DNA from: Acidobacteria bacterium AH-259-G07
GTDB lineage: Bacteria > Acidobacteriota > UBA6911 > RPQK01 > JADFOI01
Direction: 5' to 3'
NCBI GenBank assembly: GCA_027717925.1
Contig: JALLON010000002.1
Coordinates: 1-43,713 of the forward strand
DNA length: 43,713 bases
Below, piece by piece: positions 42,225 through 43,713 of this stretch. A model generated the notes under the pieces. That model was not told the origin of the DNA, did no database searches, and was given only the letters and a program-made list of their open reading frames with translations. Made by a program: the position numbers and the translations under genes. Within the stretch, counting starts at the first letter, position 1. Every line of letters begins with the position of its first letter.

Positions 42225-42371
42225 TCACTGCCCTCTCGGATGGAACTTCTCATAAACGGTCCTGAGCCTTTTACGGCTCACATGCGTGTAAATCTCGGTG
42301 GTTGCTATGCTGGAATGACCTAGCATTAGCTGAATCGCTCGTAGATCCGCATTGTAGTCCAGTCCGATTGT
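42225..42371 (-). pseudogene. 3' fragment of a tyrosine integrase gene (last 48 codons)
   Basis: Hand translation: [48 protein letters not shown]. This is the Xer/integrase C-terminus with LGH and the catalytic Tyr (IYTHV). It is preceded by an in-frame TAG. Upstream similarity continues only in another frame ([10 protein letters not shown]), so the gene is frameshifted and decayed. Confidence 0.7.
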
Positions 42372-42920
42372 CTACCACATTTCTACCACAGAATCGCCCG
42401 AATAACGGGAAAAACCAGGGAATAAGAAGAACGTAAATGATTGAGCAGAAAAGACGGGCTAATGCGTGTAGGCTCATACTTGCTCTTGGAGTAGGGATAA
42501 TCCTGATACTGGCCAATCGGTAGATTCCGGTCTCCGTTGACCGGATTTGCTCCGTTTTAGGCTCGCAGGTTGCCGCTCACGGGTAGATCGGCTTCCTGCG
42601 AAGGGGTAGGTAGGGTCAATTATCAATAGTTGCAGAGAATGGCTAGGGAACGGATAACCCAAAGGGTCGCCTTTGCGCTCTATGCCACAGGCGCATATCG
42701 CTCTGAGCTATGGTAGACTGTAAGTTGGTCGGAAGGCTGGCTAGAGACGTGCAACAGAGGACACCTCGGAGGAGTTCAAAAGGGTTCCATACTAGCCATA
42801 CTAGCCAAAACAGTGGGGTTTGAGAGAGAAATACGAGCACTAGAGAGAGTGGAGAGAAATACGATTGTCCGTTGATTCTGAAGAGGTTACCTTAAAAATC
42901 AACAGGTTAGCTATACTTAT

Positions 42921-42946
42921 GGTTTCGAATCCTACCTCCTCCGCCA
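42921..42946 (+). other. tRNA-like 3' remnant (T-loop-like ggtttcgaatcc + acceptor-like ctcctccg + cca)
   Basis: ggtttcgaatcctacctcctccgcca resembles a tRNA T-arm, acceptor and CCA. However, the T-stem does not pair, and no D or anticodon arm can be folded in the 76 nt upstream. I read it as an att-type remnant, not a gene. Confidence 0.35.
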
Positions 42947-42977
42947 ACGTTTTCAACTATTCAGCTAAGCAGCTGGG

Positions 42978-43247
42978 TTGACAACTCAGCTGCCTACATT
43001 CAAGGCTGGCTATCCAAACTCCGCAACGCGTGCTGTGCTAGTCGGCAAGCAGTTTCTGCTCCTGGATCGGGACAAGAAATACGGCGAAGGATTTCCAAAG
43101 CTTCTCACAGATGCTGGGACTGAGATGGTGCGCTTGCCAGTACGGTCTCCGAATCTGAATGCCTACGCCCAAAGGTTTGTACTTTCCATCAAAAGGGAGT
43201 CATTTTGGGAGGAGAACTTAGAGGAGTCAATCATTCAACCGAGATAA
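42978..43247 (+). pseudogene. C-terminal fragment of a DDE (rve/integrase-core) transposase
   Basis: FLLLDRDKKYGEGFPKLLTDAGTEMVRLPVRSPNLNAYAQRFVLSIKRE matches the distal rve-domain pattern (DRDxKF...P..P..Na.aERf...lk.E). The catalytic N-terminal part is missing. Confidence 0.65.
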
Positions 43248-43713
43248 CCCAGTTCGACGGCCTTGAGAACGGCCCGGGTGCGATCCCGGACGCCAAGTTT
43301 GGAGAGGATGCTGGAGATGTGATTCTTGACCGTGCCTTCAGCCAGGTATAGGGCCTCGGCGATTTCGCGATTACTATAGCCTCCCTACATTAAACCCAGA
43401 ATCTCCACTTCTCGCTCGGTTAAGGGGTCGGGTAAGTCCAGACTGGGGAAATCGCGGTCAAGACGCTCCAAACCCTGCAGGATCCGCTCCGTCAAGACGG
43501 GCTTGATGGCGGTTTTACCGGCGGCCACATCACGGATTGCCCGGGTCAGTTCATCCAGTGAAACATCTTTCAGTAAGAAACCTCTGGCTCCCCCACGGAC
43601 TCCTTCCAGCACGATCCGATCGTCGTCGAACGTGGTCAGTATGATGGTGGGTGGAAGCCGGCCCGATTGCCTGAGGGTGGTCAGGACTTCCAAGCCGTTC
43701 AATTTGGGCAGCC
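43235..43713 (-). pseudogene. NarL/FixJ-type response regulator (5' end off-window) interrupted by an in-frame TAG
   Basis: Receiver domain: LPKLNGLEVLTTLRQSGRLPPTIILTTFDDD...FLLKD. The linker follows, then LTEREVEILGLM, TAG (43385-43387), and GGYSNREIAEALYLAEGTVKNHISSILSKLGVRDRTRAVLKAVELGYLG* in the same frame. Confidence 0.75.

Noticed and set aside
42934-42942. The 9-mer cctcctccg is shared by the tRNA-like remnant and the left edge of ghost-end copies 1 and 2 (14896, 26915), which might be an att core.
   Set aside because: A single extra 9-mer match in about 87 kb of two-strand sequence is within chance expectation. It is absent from the intact end (copy 3).
42769-42946. Possible full tRNA or tmRNA: ggaggag at 42769 is complementary to the acceptor-like ctcctcc at 42936.
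   Set aside because: The 178-nt span is too long for a tRNA and too short for a tmRNA. I could find no D-arm, anticodon arm, tag-peptide ORF or well-paired T-stem. I treat it as a 3' remnant only.

Overview
This is a 43.7-kb mosaic, accessory-type bacterial region. Genes are Shine-Dalgarno-led and TAA, TAG and TGA all act as stops. I cannot assign a taxon from the sequence alone. Contents from left to right: (i) The GC-rich end of a tyrosine-recombinase-array element (two ATGA-overlapping integrase genes, 1-1916), which appears to have truncated an XRE-type HTH gene. (ii) Two exported hypothetical proteins. (iii) Conflict-type genes: an EACC1-like small protein plus a membrane-anchored caspase (5551-7139), a GC-rich TIR-domain gene flanked by gene fragments (7260-8934), and a TIGR02391 + DUF1311-like fusion. 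(iv) Two exported proteins: a BNR propeller and a 1004-aa ChW-repeat protein. (v) The most unusual block, a tightly packed plus-strand operon (about 16907-26762). It encodes a vWA lipoprotein, a small membrane protein, and a 1689-aa protein that fuses an N-terminal tubulin/FtsZ-like GTPase domain to a C-terminal Hsp70/actin-like (ASKHA) ATPase domain. It also encodes two membrane-anchored coiled-coil proteins (one Zn-ribbon-rich with an in-frame internal duplication) and a small protein. The operon is bracketed by decayed copies of the terminal region of the mobile module that follows it. (vi) An integrase-less mobile module (28351-32402): excisionase, replication-relaxation protein, CHC2/Toprim primase, sigma-70-like protein and T4CP-like ATPase. 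(vii) Defence-type cargo: an R-M operon with a PLD-family nuclease and two methyltransferases, a Schlafen/AlbA_2 protein, and an NTase-like + DUF262 + methyltransferase operon. (viii) Boundary debris (integrase 3' fragment, tRNA-like 3' remnant, transposase fragment) and a NarL-type response regulator with an in-frame TAG. Two families of non-coding repeats mark the module junctions. I saw no rRNA, intact tRNA or CRISPR array. All domain calls come from motif recognition by eye, not database searches.
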